Source: an uncultured Verrucomicrobiae bacterium (GTDB taxonomy: Bacteria; Verrucomicrobiota; Verrucomicrobiia; Limisphaerales; Palsa-1400). Taken from it: a DNA stretch of 64,000 nt. Numbering within the stretch: position 1 is the stretch's first letter; every line of letters starts with the position of its first letter. Below the pieces are notes generated by a model. It saw only the letters and a list, made by a program, of their open reading frames with translations. It did no database searches and had not been told where the DNA came from. A program made the translations under genes and the position numbers. The stretch is from assembly GCA_963759415.1 (NCBI GenBank), contig CAVWZG010000002.1, positions 259,131 through 323,130 on the forward strand. The letters are read 5' to 3'. Positions 18,998-28,748 of this stretch are shown one piece after another.

Positions 18998-21763
18998 CTA
19001 CGGAAATCGCAACCGGTAAAACATCGCCGATCCAGAGGCAGTCATGTTGACCGTGTTGGTCGTTCCGTTCACTGTTACCGCGTTAGTTAGCGAAGTCCAT
19101 AGCACCGGAGGGGCCAGATCGGCGGTCTGCTGGACAATAAAGCCTGCCGGACTTGTCGGCCAGGATACCGAAATCGTCGTCGGGACTACATTGCCGCCGC
19201 CGGATTGAAAAACGCTGAGTTTCGGGGAGGATAGCACTTGCAAATCCGCGCAAAATTCCCAAGTGGTGTTGGCGCTGTCCGTTGCTGTGGCCGAAAGATA
19301 CCTGCCCGGCGGAACCCCGACATTTAAGGTCAGGCCAAAAATGGCCTGGCCGTTAGCGCCGGTTGTGATGTTAGTCGAACCGATGTATGTCAAACCTTCC
19401 CCATAACCAGAGGCGTTCGGCGCCACGTTCTCGTAAAACTGGATCAGGAACGGCCAATTGGCATGGGTGCTCAAAGAGCCTTTAATGCCCGTTGTGACAC
19501 CGTCGCTGACCGCCTCCGTCAAGGCCACCAAGTTGGAAGTGTTCAGTCCAGTGCTTGCTCCGATAACAATTCCAAGGTTTCCGTTGGAAAAGATGCCGTT
19601 GCGACTGATAAAGTTGCCCAGACATCCGGCGCGTATCCGCACGCCGTCGTAGGAGGACGAGCGCACAAAGGCGATGCGATTATCCCCGGCCGGGGACGAA
19701 CCACCGACAATGTTACTGCTGGCGGTGTCGGAGAAATCAATGTTGTGCAACTGATTACCCAAAGCGCTGGAACCATTCGCCTTTGTGCCGATGAAATTGC
19801 CCTGAATGGCGTTGAAATTTGCTCCGGGATCACCCACGGAAATGCCTTCCTGGAAATTCCCGGAAATAAGATTGCCGGCCCCGGCCACCGCGCCTCCAAT
19901 GGTGTTGGAGCCTGAGCCGTAAAGGTAGATTCCCCCGTTTAAGTTGCCCAGGACGGTGCTGCCCGTGACGTCAGTTCCGATATGGTTTCCCTGGATCACC
20001 GTCGCCGTCGCCGCGCCTCCACCCACTGTCACTCCGCTGTCGCCATTGGCCGAAATCACGTTGCCGGCTCCCGCGGTGGCGCCGCCGATGGTATTGGCAG
20101 GGGCGTTCGAAATGGCGACGCCCGCGTAACCATTGGCCAAGGCTGCCGCCCCGGTGATGTCGGTGCCGATGTAATTGCCTTCGACCAGATTGTTCGTGGC
20201 GGTTGTGCCGTAGATGAAAACGCCGTTTTGGGAATTGCCTGAGATGACATTTCGCAGCGTGGCTGTCAGATCGCCAATGGTATTGCCTGGAACTGCGATG
20301 TAAACGCCTGCCTGGGAATTGCCCACCGCCTTTTTCCCTGTGTAATCTGTGCCAATCAAGTTGCCCTGCACGAAATTGGCGCCCCCGCCGGAATCCACCA
20401 ACAGCACGCCATTGCCGCTGTTGCCAGATATGACATTTCCACCGTTGGTTCCTCCAACCATGTTCCCTGCCGCACCATCTATCGTGATGCCATCGTAGGT
20501 GTTGGGCAAGGCGTTGCTTCCGGTGGCATCAAGGCCAAGAAAGTTGCCCTGAACCAGATTGCCGGATGCGCCGGCATAAATGATCCAGACCCCGTTTTGC
20601 TTGTTGCCGGAGATGATGTTGCCCGCTCCAGCGTTGGTCCCGCCAATCGTGTTGCCGGGAACCCCATTGACGACCACGCCCGTGCCTTGGTTGGGGATCG
20701 CCAATTTCCCCGTAACATCAGTGCCAATGTAATTGCCCAGCACGGTATTGCTTGTCGCGCCGGTGATCAAAATATTGATACCTTCAGCGCCATTCCCAGA
20801 GAGAATATTTCTTGCGCCGGCGGCGGTTCCTCCCACCACGTTTCCAGCCACGCCATAAATCGTCACACCGTCTTGAGCATTCCCGACGGCCCCGGTCCCG
20901 CTGGCATTCACGCCAATGTAATTGCCCTCAATAAAATTGCCCGTTGCTCCGGAGGTCAGAAGATAGATGCCACTTTGGCCGTTGCCCGAGATAACATTGC
21001 CCGCGCCGACAACAACCCCTCCAATGGTATTTCCAGGCGCGCCGGAGATTTCGAGGCCATTGTGAACATTGCCCAGGCTCTTGAGGCCCGTCACTGAAGT
21101 TCCAATATAATTGCCCTCGATCACATTGCCGGTTGCGTCCGCATTGAGCAGAATAATTCCATTTTGGTTGCTGCCAGAAATGATATTGCGAGCCGCCGCG
21201 TTCGTTCCGCCAATGAGGTTTCCAGGCGATCCGTTGATCATAATCCCGGCCTCGCCATTGCCGTAAGCCACCATGCCGGTAACATCCGTTCCCAGAAAAT
21301 TGGCCTGAATCACGTTGCTGCCAAGCTCTTGCAGCCGAATACCGTCGCGAGGGCACCTGTTGATGGCCAGGCCACAAATCATGCTTCCTCCTGCCGTCAC
21401 CATCAATCCATCATTATTGGCTCCGATATTCGAGCCGTTGATTTCAATCAAGGGGTTTCCCGCGTAATTGGGTTCGGTGGTCCCATCAATAACCACAACA
21501 TTTGTAATCGTCGGCAAGACGGATGCCGGCCTAATAGCAAAGGGTCCGGCACCTGATATATCGAAGACAATTGTGTTTGAACCAGAGTTCCCGTTTGCGT
21601 TGAGTATCGCCTGGCGCAAGGAACCGATTCCACTGTCATTAGTACTTGATACCGTGTAAGTTGCAGCCGCAAGGTGGCCGGCGTGGATCGCCAATAAGAC
21701 ACAAAGAAAGACATGCCAATTGCGCTCAAACCAACGGTTTGGGAGCTGCCGGTCACTTTTCAT
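18998..21763 (-). CDS. Secreted right-handed parallel beta-helix repeat protein with C-terminal 'FYR' domain
   Basis: Start reassigned to ATG 21763 (MKSDRQ...VFLCVLLAIHAGHLAA signal); DSGIGSLRQAILNAN motif; repeated GNxIGG...NxISGN...GNYIGTD units. The ORF-track 5' extension overlaps the divergent gene. Confidence 0.85.
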   Translation of the reverse strand: MKSDRQLPNRWFERNWHVFLCVLLAIHAGHLAAATYTVSSTNDSGIGSLRQAILNANGNSGSNTIVFDISGAGPFAIRPASVLPTITNVVVIDGTTEPNYAGNPLIEINGSNIGANNDGLMVTAGGSMICGLAINRCPRDGIRLQELGSNVIQANFLGTDVTGMVAYGNGEAGIMINGSPGNLIGGTNAAARNIISGSNQNGIILLNADATGNVIEGNYIGTSVTGLKSLGNVHNGLEISGAPGNTIGGVVVGAGNVISGNGQSGIYLLTSGATGNFIEGNYIGVNASGTGAVGNAQDGVTIYGVAGNVVGGTAAGARNILSGNGAEGINILITGATSNTVLGNYIGTDVTGKLAIPNQGTGVVVNGVPGNTIGGTNAGAGNIISGNKQNGVWIIYAGASGNLVQGNFLGLDATGSNALPNTYDGITIDGAAGNMVGGTNGGNVISGNSGNGVLLVDSGGGANFVQGNLIGTDYTGKKAVGNSQAGVYIAVPGNTIGDLTATLRNVISGNSQNGVFIYGTTATNNLVEGNYIGTDITGAAALANGYAGVAISNAPANTIGGATAGAGNVISANGDSGVTVGGGAATATVIQGNHIGTDVTGSTVLGNLNGGIYLYGSGSNTIGGAVAGAGNLISGNFQEGISVGDPGANFNAIQGNFIGTKANGSSALGNQLHNIDFSDTASSNIVGGSSPAGDNRIAFVRSSSYDGVRIRAGCLGNFISRNGIFSNGNLGIVIGASTGLNTSNLVALTEAVSDGVTTGIKGSLSTHANWPFLIQFYENVAPNASGYGEGLTYIGSTNITTGANGQAIFGLTLNVGVPPGRYLSATATDSANTTWEFCADLQVLSSPKLSVFQSGGGNVVPTTISVSWPTSPAGFIVQQTADLAPPVLWTSLTNAVTVNGTTNTVNMTASGSAMFYRLRFP

Positions 21764-21802
21764 TGTTAGGAATTCATATTCAATGCCGGCAAACCGCCGT
21801 AT

Positions 21803-21838
21803 TGTGGCTTTCTCTATTAATGTGGCCTTCTCTATTAA
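21803..21838. repeat. 18-bp tandem direct repeat (1 mismatch) in a divergent promoter region
   Basis: tgtggctttctctattaa / tgtggccttctctattaa. Confidence 0.85.
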
Positions 21839-21915
21839 AACTGATCTTCCGCCCTTACCGTAGCAGGTTCTGCGACAACTCCACCAGAAGAATGTGAAAA
21901 AAATGAAGAAATGAT

Positions 21916-21943
21916 TTGACGGTGGCATTCCCTTTGCTAAAAT
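21916..21943 (+). promoter_or_regulatory. Overlapping candidate sigma54 (-24/-12) and sigma70 promoters for the export operon
   Basis: TGGCATTCCCTTTGCT (GG-N10-GC, 21923-21938) nested in TTGACG-N16-TAAAAT, ~55 bp before ATG 21999. Confidence 0.5.
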
Positions 21944-21998
21944 GCGCGCGAAAGATGAATTGGGTGTTCCGATCTGGGGAGAGCCGTGAGCGTATGTT

Positions 21999-22832
21999 AT
22001 GAGAACTAAATTACTGAATATTTTGTGCTTCTTGGCGGTCAGTGGAGGGTTGGCTGGAAACCAGCTTGCCATGGCCAGCGAGCCTGCTGACTTCGCGAAG
22101 ATTCTCGCTGCGACTTCTGTTGTGGAGATGCCAGCCAAAGCCGCCAGTCTGGTGGGCAAAACGGGTACTCCACAAGAGCGCAAAAATGCCGCTGTGGCGG
22201 TTGTTAAAGCGGCCGTACGGCTGAATCCGACTATCGCAGTCGCCGTGGTGGGTGCCATTTCCCAAAGCAATCCCGAGTTGGCTCCCGTTGCCGCGGCCAC
22301 CGCCGCCTCCTTGCAGCATAAGCAGCTTGCTTCGATCGCCAAGGCCGCGGCGGCGGCCGCTCCTTCGCAAGCCGGCAAAATAGTGGCCGCATTGATAAAG
22401 GAATTCCCCTCAAGCTACGCGGTTATCGCGATCTCCGCCTCCGAAGGCGCACCCTTGGCCGGCAAGGAAATTCTCGAAGTCGTTGCCGACTATGTGCCAG
22501 CATTGCAAGCCAGCATCAACAGCGCTATTGCCTCCTTCTCGTTGAGCGCGGCGCAACCCCAATCGACAAACGGCCTGTCAGTCAGTGGAACTTCTTCGAC
22601 TCAGAGATTGCCAGTATCAGCCATCTTGGAACACGCCACAGACCAGCCGGCAAGCTCTGCGCCAGTGGCCAGCGGCGTCTCCATGGCGACGCAGAACCCC
22701 TTGGCGACGAGGCCCATGCGCTCCGACGCACAGTCCTCGCCTCTGCCTGCCACTCCGACTCCGCCGATCCTGCCGCTGCCTCCCCAAACTAATCCACAGT
22801 CGCCAGGTGGGCGCAATTACGCAACGCCCTGA
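21999..22832 (+). CDS. Exported Ala-rich helical protein with Pro/Ser-rich tail, unknown function
   Basis: Signal peptide; Ala-rich pseudo-repeats (AVAVVKAAVRLNP, SIAKAAAAAAPSQAGKIVAA); ends PGGRNYATP; first gene of the export operon. Confidence 0.75.
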   Translation: MRTKLLNILCFLAVSGGLAGNQLAMASEPADFAKILAATSVVEMPAKAASLVGKTGTPQERKNAAVAVVKAAVRLNPTIAVAVVGAISQSNPELAPVAAATAASLQHKQLASIAKAAAAAAPSQAGKIVAALIKEFPSSYAVIAISASEGAPLAGKEILEVVADYVPALQASINSAIASFSLSAAQPQSTNGLSVSGTSSTQRLPVSAILEHATDQPASSAPVASGVSMATQNPLATRPMRSDAQSSPLPATPTPPILPLPPQTNPQSPGGRNYATP

Positions 22833-22882
22833 GGATTTCAATTGCCAGCCAGTATGCTGCTTGAGTAGGCTCTGATGAGCGA

Positions 22883-24232
22883 ATGGCATCGGTACATATC
22901 AAGCGCGGGCGCGATTTTCGCCTGGTTGTGCCGATGAGTCATGGCTCCGCAATGTGCTTCCAAAGAACGCGCCCCCTTCTTGCTACTCTGTCTTTTATCG
23001 GGAGTGTCTGTGCGCTGCTCTTGTATTCCAAACCCGCCCTCTGCCAGGAGGCCCTCCGCATGTCCACCGCCGCCGATCAAACGGCCGAACTCGAAAAGAA
23101 AACCAGCGTTCCTGATTACTACAACTTAAGTCTTGGTCCCGTAAAACTACGTTTCCAAGGCGAAATGGGCGTCGCTTTTAACGATAATGTTAATTATTCT
23201 GACGTCAATCGCCAGGCAGATATAATCCTCAGTCCCGGCGTCAATGTCAGAGCACTTTGGCCGGCGACCCAAGAAAACACCCTCCAATTCTCCACCGGCA
23301 TCGGATACGAGGACTATCTGAAAACCACCAGCCTCAGCCACCTCTATGTCACTCCGGATTCCGCGCTTGTTTATAAAATGTACGTGAGTGATTTTGTGAT
23401 CAATTTTCACGATCGTTTTTCGCTGATCGAGGATGTCGCGCAGACTCCGACGATCAGTGGAACCGGCGAGTTCGGCCAACTGGAAAATGCGGCAGGCGTT
23501 GGCCTGGACTGGAACCTTTACAAAAAGGTCATTTCCTTCAGTTACGACCATGATTTGATGCTGTCCACCACCCCGAATTTTGATTACGTTGACCACGGCT
23601 CCGAATTATTCACCCTGCGCGCCGCCTCTCTTTTTCACGGGACGAGCAGGCTTGGCCTTGAATTGGGAGGCGGGGTCACAACCTACGACCAACCGGTGCT
23701 GAACAACAACACGGAGTTTAGCGCCGGCCCCTATTATCAAGGGCGGCTCACCGAGCATATACGCGTCACATTGTCGAGCGGTTACGTTTCCTACATGTTC
23801 TCTCCCAACGGCCACACCAATACTCTGATCAACACCGCCAATGAGGCCGGCAACATCAGCGGATATTATGGGGACCTGTCCCTGACGCACCAAGTCAACA
23901 CCTGGTTCAATCAAACCTTATCCGCAGGCCGCCAACTGCAATTGGGCATCACGGCAAACCTCGTGGATCTCTATTACGTCCGATACCAGAACAATTGGAG
24001 TTTCATTAGGAAAGTTAACATCACATCCCAGCTTCTCTATGAGCATGGCACGACATCTGAAGGGGTTCTGCAAATCCTTGATATTTACGGCGGTGGCGCC
24101 GGCCTGACCTATAATTTCACGCAGAAACTTGCCGGCAGCGTGATTTATAGCCTGCAGGTGAAAAAATCCAACCCGTCATCCTTTGATTATTTCCAGAATC
24201 AGCTTGTTTTCGACTTCAAATACAGCTTCTAA
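22883..24232 (+). CDS. Outer-membrane beta-barrel protein associated with polysaccharide export
   Basis: FNDNVN motif near the N-terminus, alternating amphipathic strands, C-terminal FDFKYSF BAM-type signal; abuts the OPX gene; start uncertain. Confidence 0.8.
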   Translation: MASVHIKRGRDFRLVVPMSHGSAMCFQRTRPLLATLSFIGSVCALLLYSKPALCQEALRMSTAADQTAELEKKTSVPDYYNLSLGPVKLRFQGEMGVAFNDNVNYSDVNRQADIILSPGVNVRALWPATQENTLQFSTGIGYEDYLKTTSLSHLYVTPDSALVYKMYVSDFVINFHDRFSLIEDVAQTPTISGTGEFGQLENAAGVGLDWNLYKKVISFSYDHDLMLSTTPNFDYVDHGSELFTLRAASLFHGTSRLGLELGGGVTTYDQPVLNNNTEFSAGPYYQGRLTEHIRVTLSSGYVSYMFSPNGHTNTLINTANEAGNISGYYGDLSLTHQVNTWFNQTLSAGRQLQLGITANLVDLYYVRYQNNWSFIRKVNITSQLLYEHGTTSEGVLQILDIYGGGAGLTYNFTQKLAGSVIYSLQVKKSNPSSFDYFQNQLVFDFKYSF

Positions 24233-24891
24233 TGGTGCTGTTTATGCGCATTTGTCTGTACATTTTGGTTTGGACCGCATGGGCGGCGTCGATTCTGGCG
24301 CAATCGCCCGGCAATACCAACGCTGTCCCGTCCCTAATCCTCAATGTCGGCGGCTCTTACGTGCTGGATGATAAGCATTTATTGGAGCCTGGCGACAAAA
24401 TCAGCTTCCAGATTATCGAGGACCGGGATCCGGTCCGGAGCCTGATAGTGGCCGATTCCCGCGAGTTGGATGTCCCGTACATCGGACGTGTCTCGGTGGT
24501 GGACAAAACGTGCAAACAGTTGGCCAAGGAACTCAAGGGGCTTCTGGAGAAGGAGTACTATTATCGCGCAACTGTCATTATCGGCCTCGATTCGGTCAAC
24601 AAGGTGCGCGGAAAGGTTTACATTATGGGGCAGGTTCGCACCCAAGGCCCGGTCGATATGCTCTTCGACGAAAGTCTCACCGCCGGACAGGCTATTCTGC
24701 GCACAGGCGGCTTTCTTGATTTTGCAAACAGGAGCAAAGTCAAAGTCACCCGTAATTCCGGCACCGGCAGCGCCAGCCAAACGTTTGAAATCAACATGAT
24801 CGACGTGTTGGAGAAGGGCAAGGCGGACCAGGACATCGTTTTGGAGCCTGGGGACTTGATATTCGTGCCGACAAGAACGGTTAACTTCTAA
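24232..24891 (+). CDS. wza: Short OPX/Wza-type polysaccharide export protein (Poly_export plus SLBB)
   Basis: LEPGDKISF...LDVPYIGRV; VYIMGQVRTQG; AILRTGGF; DIVLEPGDLIFVP; no lipobox and no C-terminal OM helix. Confidence 0.88.
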   Translation: MVLFMRICLYILVWTAWAASILAQSPGNTNAVPSLILNVGGSYVLDDKHLLEPGDKISFQIIEDRDPVRSLIVADSRELDVPYIGRVSVVDKTCKQLAKELKGLLEKEYYYRATVIIGLDSVNKVRGKVYIMGQVRTQGPVDMLFDESLTAGQAILRTGGFLDFANRSKVKVTRNSGTGSASQTFEINMIDVLEKGKADQDIVLEPGDLIFVPTRTVNF

Positions 24892-24897
24892 TAGCTC

Positions 24898-27075
24898 ATG
24901 GACGAACGAATGGAACAACAACCTGGAGCCGAGCACCACAAGCGAATCAATGTGGCGACCCGCTTTTTCAGCCGTCTCTACCGGTTGACAAATATTCTTC
25001 GGGCCAAATGGTGGATTCTGGTCTTAACCATCGCTCTGGGTCTTGGAATTCAGTTATACCTGCTCTCGACTGCCCCGCCCTCTTTCCAATCCGTAGGGCG
25101 GATGATCGTGAGTGTAAAACTATCGCTGCCCAACGGATCCGCTTACTCCGAAGAATTGAACAACTTCTTCGGCACGCAAACGGCCTTGATGCAAAGCGAC
25201 TCGGTTTCGAACCGCGCCCTGGTCCGGCTGCAATCACAGAACCTCGGCCTTCACCCGGTGCCCGTCCATATCCAGGTGGCAATCTCCCCCAAGACGAGCA
25301 TTTTTAATCTGCACGCCATAGGCGCCAATCCAGATTATGTCCAGGCGTATTTGCTGGCCTGCATGGAGGAATATATCAACCTCAAAAAGGAAATGCGCCA
25401 GCAGGCAACCGACACCACGAAATCCGGCATCATAGAAGAACTCACCTCTCTGAACGTCGAATTGCGGAAGGGCAAGGAAGATTTGGTCAATTACGAATCC
25501 AGCAACAGCGTGGTCTTCTTGCAGGACCGCGGAAACAGCGCCGGCAACTACTTGTCCTCCCTGACCCAACAGCATGCCGATCTGAAATCGGAACTCCAAT
25601 TGCTCAATATGCTCACCTTGGACCAGAACGTGGAGCGGGAACAAGGGCTTGCCCGGCAGAGTCTGGCCTCAACGCCCTCACCGCTAAAAGCGGCAAATCC
25701 TGGAGGGGACAATTCTACTGCCAGTCCGCCGACGGATGATGCCACGGCCTCGGACCACAGCAACGCAGGCCTGGTGGGTTCGGAATCCGAATACTTGAAA
25801 GCCAAACAGCAAATCCTGCTCCTAAAAGCGGAACGGGATGAGTTGGGTGAGTTTCTTCGCCCAAAGCATCCCAAGATTATTGCCTTGGAAGAGGATATCG
25901 CTCACAAGGACAAACTGCTGGAGATCTTCCGTCAGCAAACTCAAGGGCAATTGGAGAACAGGAAACACACACTGGAACTACAAATTCAGAACTGTGAGGG
26001 GGAAATCAAGGTCTGGGAGGCGAAATCACTGGAAATCAGCAAGAAGATGAGCGACTACCTGTCGATCAAGGAGATTAACCAGCGGCTGCAAAGCCTCTAT
26101 GACAGCCTGCTGACCACCGAACGCACATTGGACGTGGACCGGCAAATCAGTCAGGAGAGCGTCGCCATTCTTGAGCCGGCTTCCCCGGCCTCGGCTGCCC
26201 CTCGCGAAGCTTTTCAACACCTGAGTATCGCCGGATTGCTTGGCTTGGCCTTGGGAATCGGCATCTTGATGTTTTTGGACCGGTTGGACGACAGGCCCAC
26301 TTCCTTCGCCGAGGTGGAAGAAATCTTTGATGAACCGCTCTTGGGCCAAATTCCTCTGGAACATGCGAAAAACAAAAAGGCCGGCGTTCCCGTCATTCAA
26401 GCGGAGGATGACCGCCACGCCTTGGTGGAAGCCAACCGCAATCTTCGCTCCTCCATCGTCTTCATGGCCTCTCCCACAAAGCCTCCCAAGACGATCGTTC
26501 TAACCAGCGCCATTCCCGGAGACGGCAAATCCATGACCTCCACCAATCTGGCCATCACCATGGCGCGTTCCGGCTCGAAGGTTCTGCTGGTGGATGCGGA
26601 TTTGCGCCGTGGCGGCCTGCACAAGTCTTTCTCGCTTCCAGCCGAGCCAGGTTTCTCGGACGTGTTGAGCGGGCAAATCCACTGGTCCAAAGCCGTGCAG
26701 CCAACTTCAATTTCAAACCTTGATCTCCTCCCACGCGGGCCGCTTCCATCCCACCCCGGCGAACTGTTCGCCGCCGCTTTCCTGGAAAAGTTAATCAAAG
26801 AAGTGGCCGGCAATAAATACGACTACATCTTGTTTGACACGCCCCCGGTCATGGCCGCGGACGACGTTTCCAATCTGGCGCCTTTTGTGGACGGAGTCAT
26901 CATGGTCATCCGATGCGGATACACTTCCGGCCGGGTTGCCCGCGCCGCGTTGGATTTGATGTACTTGCGAAAAATGCATATTCTGGGCCTGGTGCTCAAC
27001 GCAGTGAGAACAAACGCCAGCGAATACTACTACTACAAGTACAAGGATTACTACGCGGCGCCAAAGACTGCCTAG
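24898..27075 (+). CDS. wzc: Polysaccharide co-polymerase / BY-kinase (Wzc family)
   Basis: Two TM segments flanking a coiled coil; Walker A PGDGKS, LLVDADLRR, ILFDTPP; C-terminal Tyr cluster EYYYYKYKDYY. Confidence 0.93.
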   Translation: MDERMEQQPGAEHHKRINVATRFFSRLYRLTNILRAKWWILVLTIALGLGIQLYLLSTAPPSFQSVGRMIVSVKLSLPNGSAYSEELNNFFGTQTALMQSDSVSNRALVRLQSQNLGLHPVPVHIQVAISPKTSIFNLHAIGANPDYVQAYLLACMEEYINLKKEMRQQATDTTKSGIIEELTSLNVELRKGKEDLVNYESSNSVVFLQDRGNSAGNYLSSLTQQHADLKSELQLLNMLTLDQNVEREQGLARQSLASTPSPLKAANPGGDNSTASPPTDDATASDHSNAGLVGSESEYLKAKQQILLLKAERDELGEFLRPKHPKIIALEEDIAHKDKLLEIFRQQTQGQLENRKHTLELQIQNCEGEIKVWEAKSLEISKKMSDYLSIKEINQRLQSLYDSLLTTERTLDVDRQISQESVAILEPASPASAAPREAFQHLSIAGLLGLALGIGILMFLDRLDDRPTSFAEVEEIFDEPLLGQIPLEHAKNKKAGVPVIQAEDDRHALVEANRNLRSSIVFMASPTKPPKTIVLTSAIPGDGKSMTSTNLAITMARSGSKVLLVDADLRRGGLHKSFSLPAEPGFSDVLSGQIHWSKAVQPTSISNLDLLPRGPLPSHPGELFAAAFLEKLIKEVAGNKYDYILFDTPPVMAADDVSNLAPFVDGVIMVIRCGYTSGRVARAALDLMYLRKMHILGLVLNAVRTNASEYYYYKYKDYYAAPKTA

Positions 27076-27117
27076 TTTCCCCCACTGCTTTGTCGCCATG
27101 GCCGGGTTGCGAAGACC

Positions 27118-28635
27118 TTAAGATTTGTGGGACAAGGAAAAGAGCGCCGCGCACAGGACGAGGAAGAGAAAGACTATGGAGTAAACTTGAAAGGGGAAAT
27201 CATAACGCGCATAAAACAGGCATCCGGCCAGAGCGGCCCAAAAAAGCGGCACCAGATGCCGGGAGCCGTGTATGCCGCGCGCCACAAACCAGTGAGAGAG
27301 GACGACAAAGAAGGCCGCCGCAATTAACACACTGCCCAGCCCGCCAAAGGTAATCAGCGTCTCCAACCAGTCGTTATGGAGTTGTTCCGGCCAATACTCC
27401 TCAGGGTCAGGCCGATAAAGTTGAAAAAGCGGTCCGAACGTGCCAGGCCCGGTTCCGAACAACGGACAATCCTCCGCCATGGGACGAGCCATCTCATACA
27501 TGCTGTTTCTGCCCGCCAATCCCGCATCAAATTCATCTTTTTCAAATCGCGGCCCCAGATCGCTCCACCCCAGGGATGCGGCAAGCCCCAATACCACCGC
27601 CACGCAAACGACGATGCCAGCTTTGGTACGGCGGTTCTCCTTATGTTGGGCGCTCCACAGGACCACGGCCACCACCACCAGGTTTGCCACGGCCACAACC
27701 GCCCCAACCCGGCTCGCGGAAATAATCGGGCATGCGGCCATGATCATGGCGCACACAAGAATCATGTGCCGGGAGCGCAGCCCAAACGTTGTGCTGTCCC
27801 GCCATCCGCGCCGATAGGCCCGCTCAAGACTCCACCATAGGCCCAACGAAACCGGCCAGAGCAGATTGAAGTATTGCGCCGCATTGGAGCGGTAGGCGAA
27901 CGGGCCGAACTGGGAAAGCGCCTGCGGGTTGTCATGCGTTGGCATGAAAAAAAGCAGGTAGGCCGTTCCATCCAGGCGCTGGAAAATGCCTTCAATGCCC
28001 AGAAGCGCGCCATTCACGCTTAAAACCCAAAGCAGCCGCCTTAAACGCTCTGGCAGGAGAGATGCCCGCCGCCCCTTTTCGTACTCCTGGCCTCGTTCGG
28101 CCATTTCCTCCGCGCTGGTTTTTCCGAGCAGCCAGTCGCGCAGCGCCCAAAACGAAAGGCCCAACGCAAGATAATTGCAAAAGGCGAACCAGGAACTGGA
28201 TTGATCATAGCTGTGGGGCAGCCAGGGAATGTAGTGGTGATACTCGAAAGTGAAGGCGTCACGATTATAGATCGATCGTGAATTCAAAGCGCTGGCCAGG
28301 CAATAACCAAGAATGACCGCAGTCAAGATCGCCAGGGCGCGGGTGAGAAAGCGTTGGGCCGAGGGCTTGCCGCCGAATTCAGATTGAATTTCGCCGCCGT
28401 GCCCGCCCCATCGCGGATTGCGATAGCCGGTCAAAAGGCGGATGGACAACTTGATCGACAACAGGAAACCTGCCAGGTACCCGGCCCCGTTCATCACCCA
28501 AATGGACCATGCTTGGGTGGTGCCGAACGCCCAAGGGCCGAAGATGACCATGAAATAAAACAGCTTTTCCGATACCGCGTCGCACACCTGGTACATCCGC
28601 AACATTCGCAACGAAAGGCTTAAGGGTCTGCGCAT
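27118..28635 (-). CDS. O-antigen ligase / Wzy_C family membrane protein
   Basis: Multi-TM; SASRVG, GTGPGTF and HNDWLE motifs. Confidence 0.85.
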   Translation of the reverse strand: MRRPLSLSLRMLRMYQVCDAVSEKLFYFMVIFGPWAFGTTQAWSIWVMNGAGYLAGFLLSIKLSIRLLTGYRNPRWGGHGGEIQSEFGGKPSAQRFLTRALAILTAVILGYCLASALNSRSIYNRDAFTFEYHHYIPWLPHSYDQSSSWFAFCNYLALGLSFWALRDWLLGKTSAEEMAERGQEYEKGRRASLLPERLRRLLWVLSVNGALLGIEGIFQRLDGTAYLLFFMPTHDNPQALSQFGPFAYRSNAAQYFNLLWPVSLGLWWSLERAYRRGWRDSTTFGLRSRHMILVCAMIMAACPIISASRVGAVVAVANLVVVAVVLWSAQHKENRRTKAGIVVCVAVVLGLAASLGWSDLGPRFEKDEFDAGLAGRNSMYEMARPMAEDCPLFGTGPGTFGPLFQLYRPDPEEYWPEQLHNDWLETLITFGGLGSVLIAAAFFVVLSHWFVARGIHGSRHLVPLFWAALAGCLFYARYDFPFQVYSIVFLFLVLCAALFSLSHKS

Positions 28636-28748
28636 GAGTCATTTGCGTCGCTGATGTATTCCAGTTTTCATCCTTGTAACGGCTCATTGATAACAACACC
28701 CCATCGCATCCACAATCCCAAAACTCAACTCACAACCGCGAAATTCCA

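Noticed and set aside
21764-22378. 5' extension of the 1126-aa ORF 18998..22378
   Set aside because: It overlaps the divergent gene at 21999 and the promoter region; a good signal peptide starts at ATG 21763
28694-28710. aacaccccatcgc, similar to the stress-cluster box
   Set aside because: It has the wrong orientation relative to the downstream gene and no -10 at the conserved spacing
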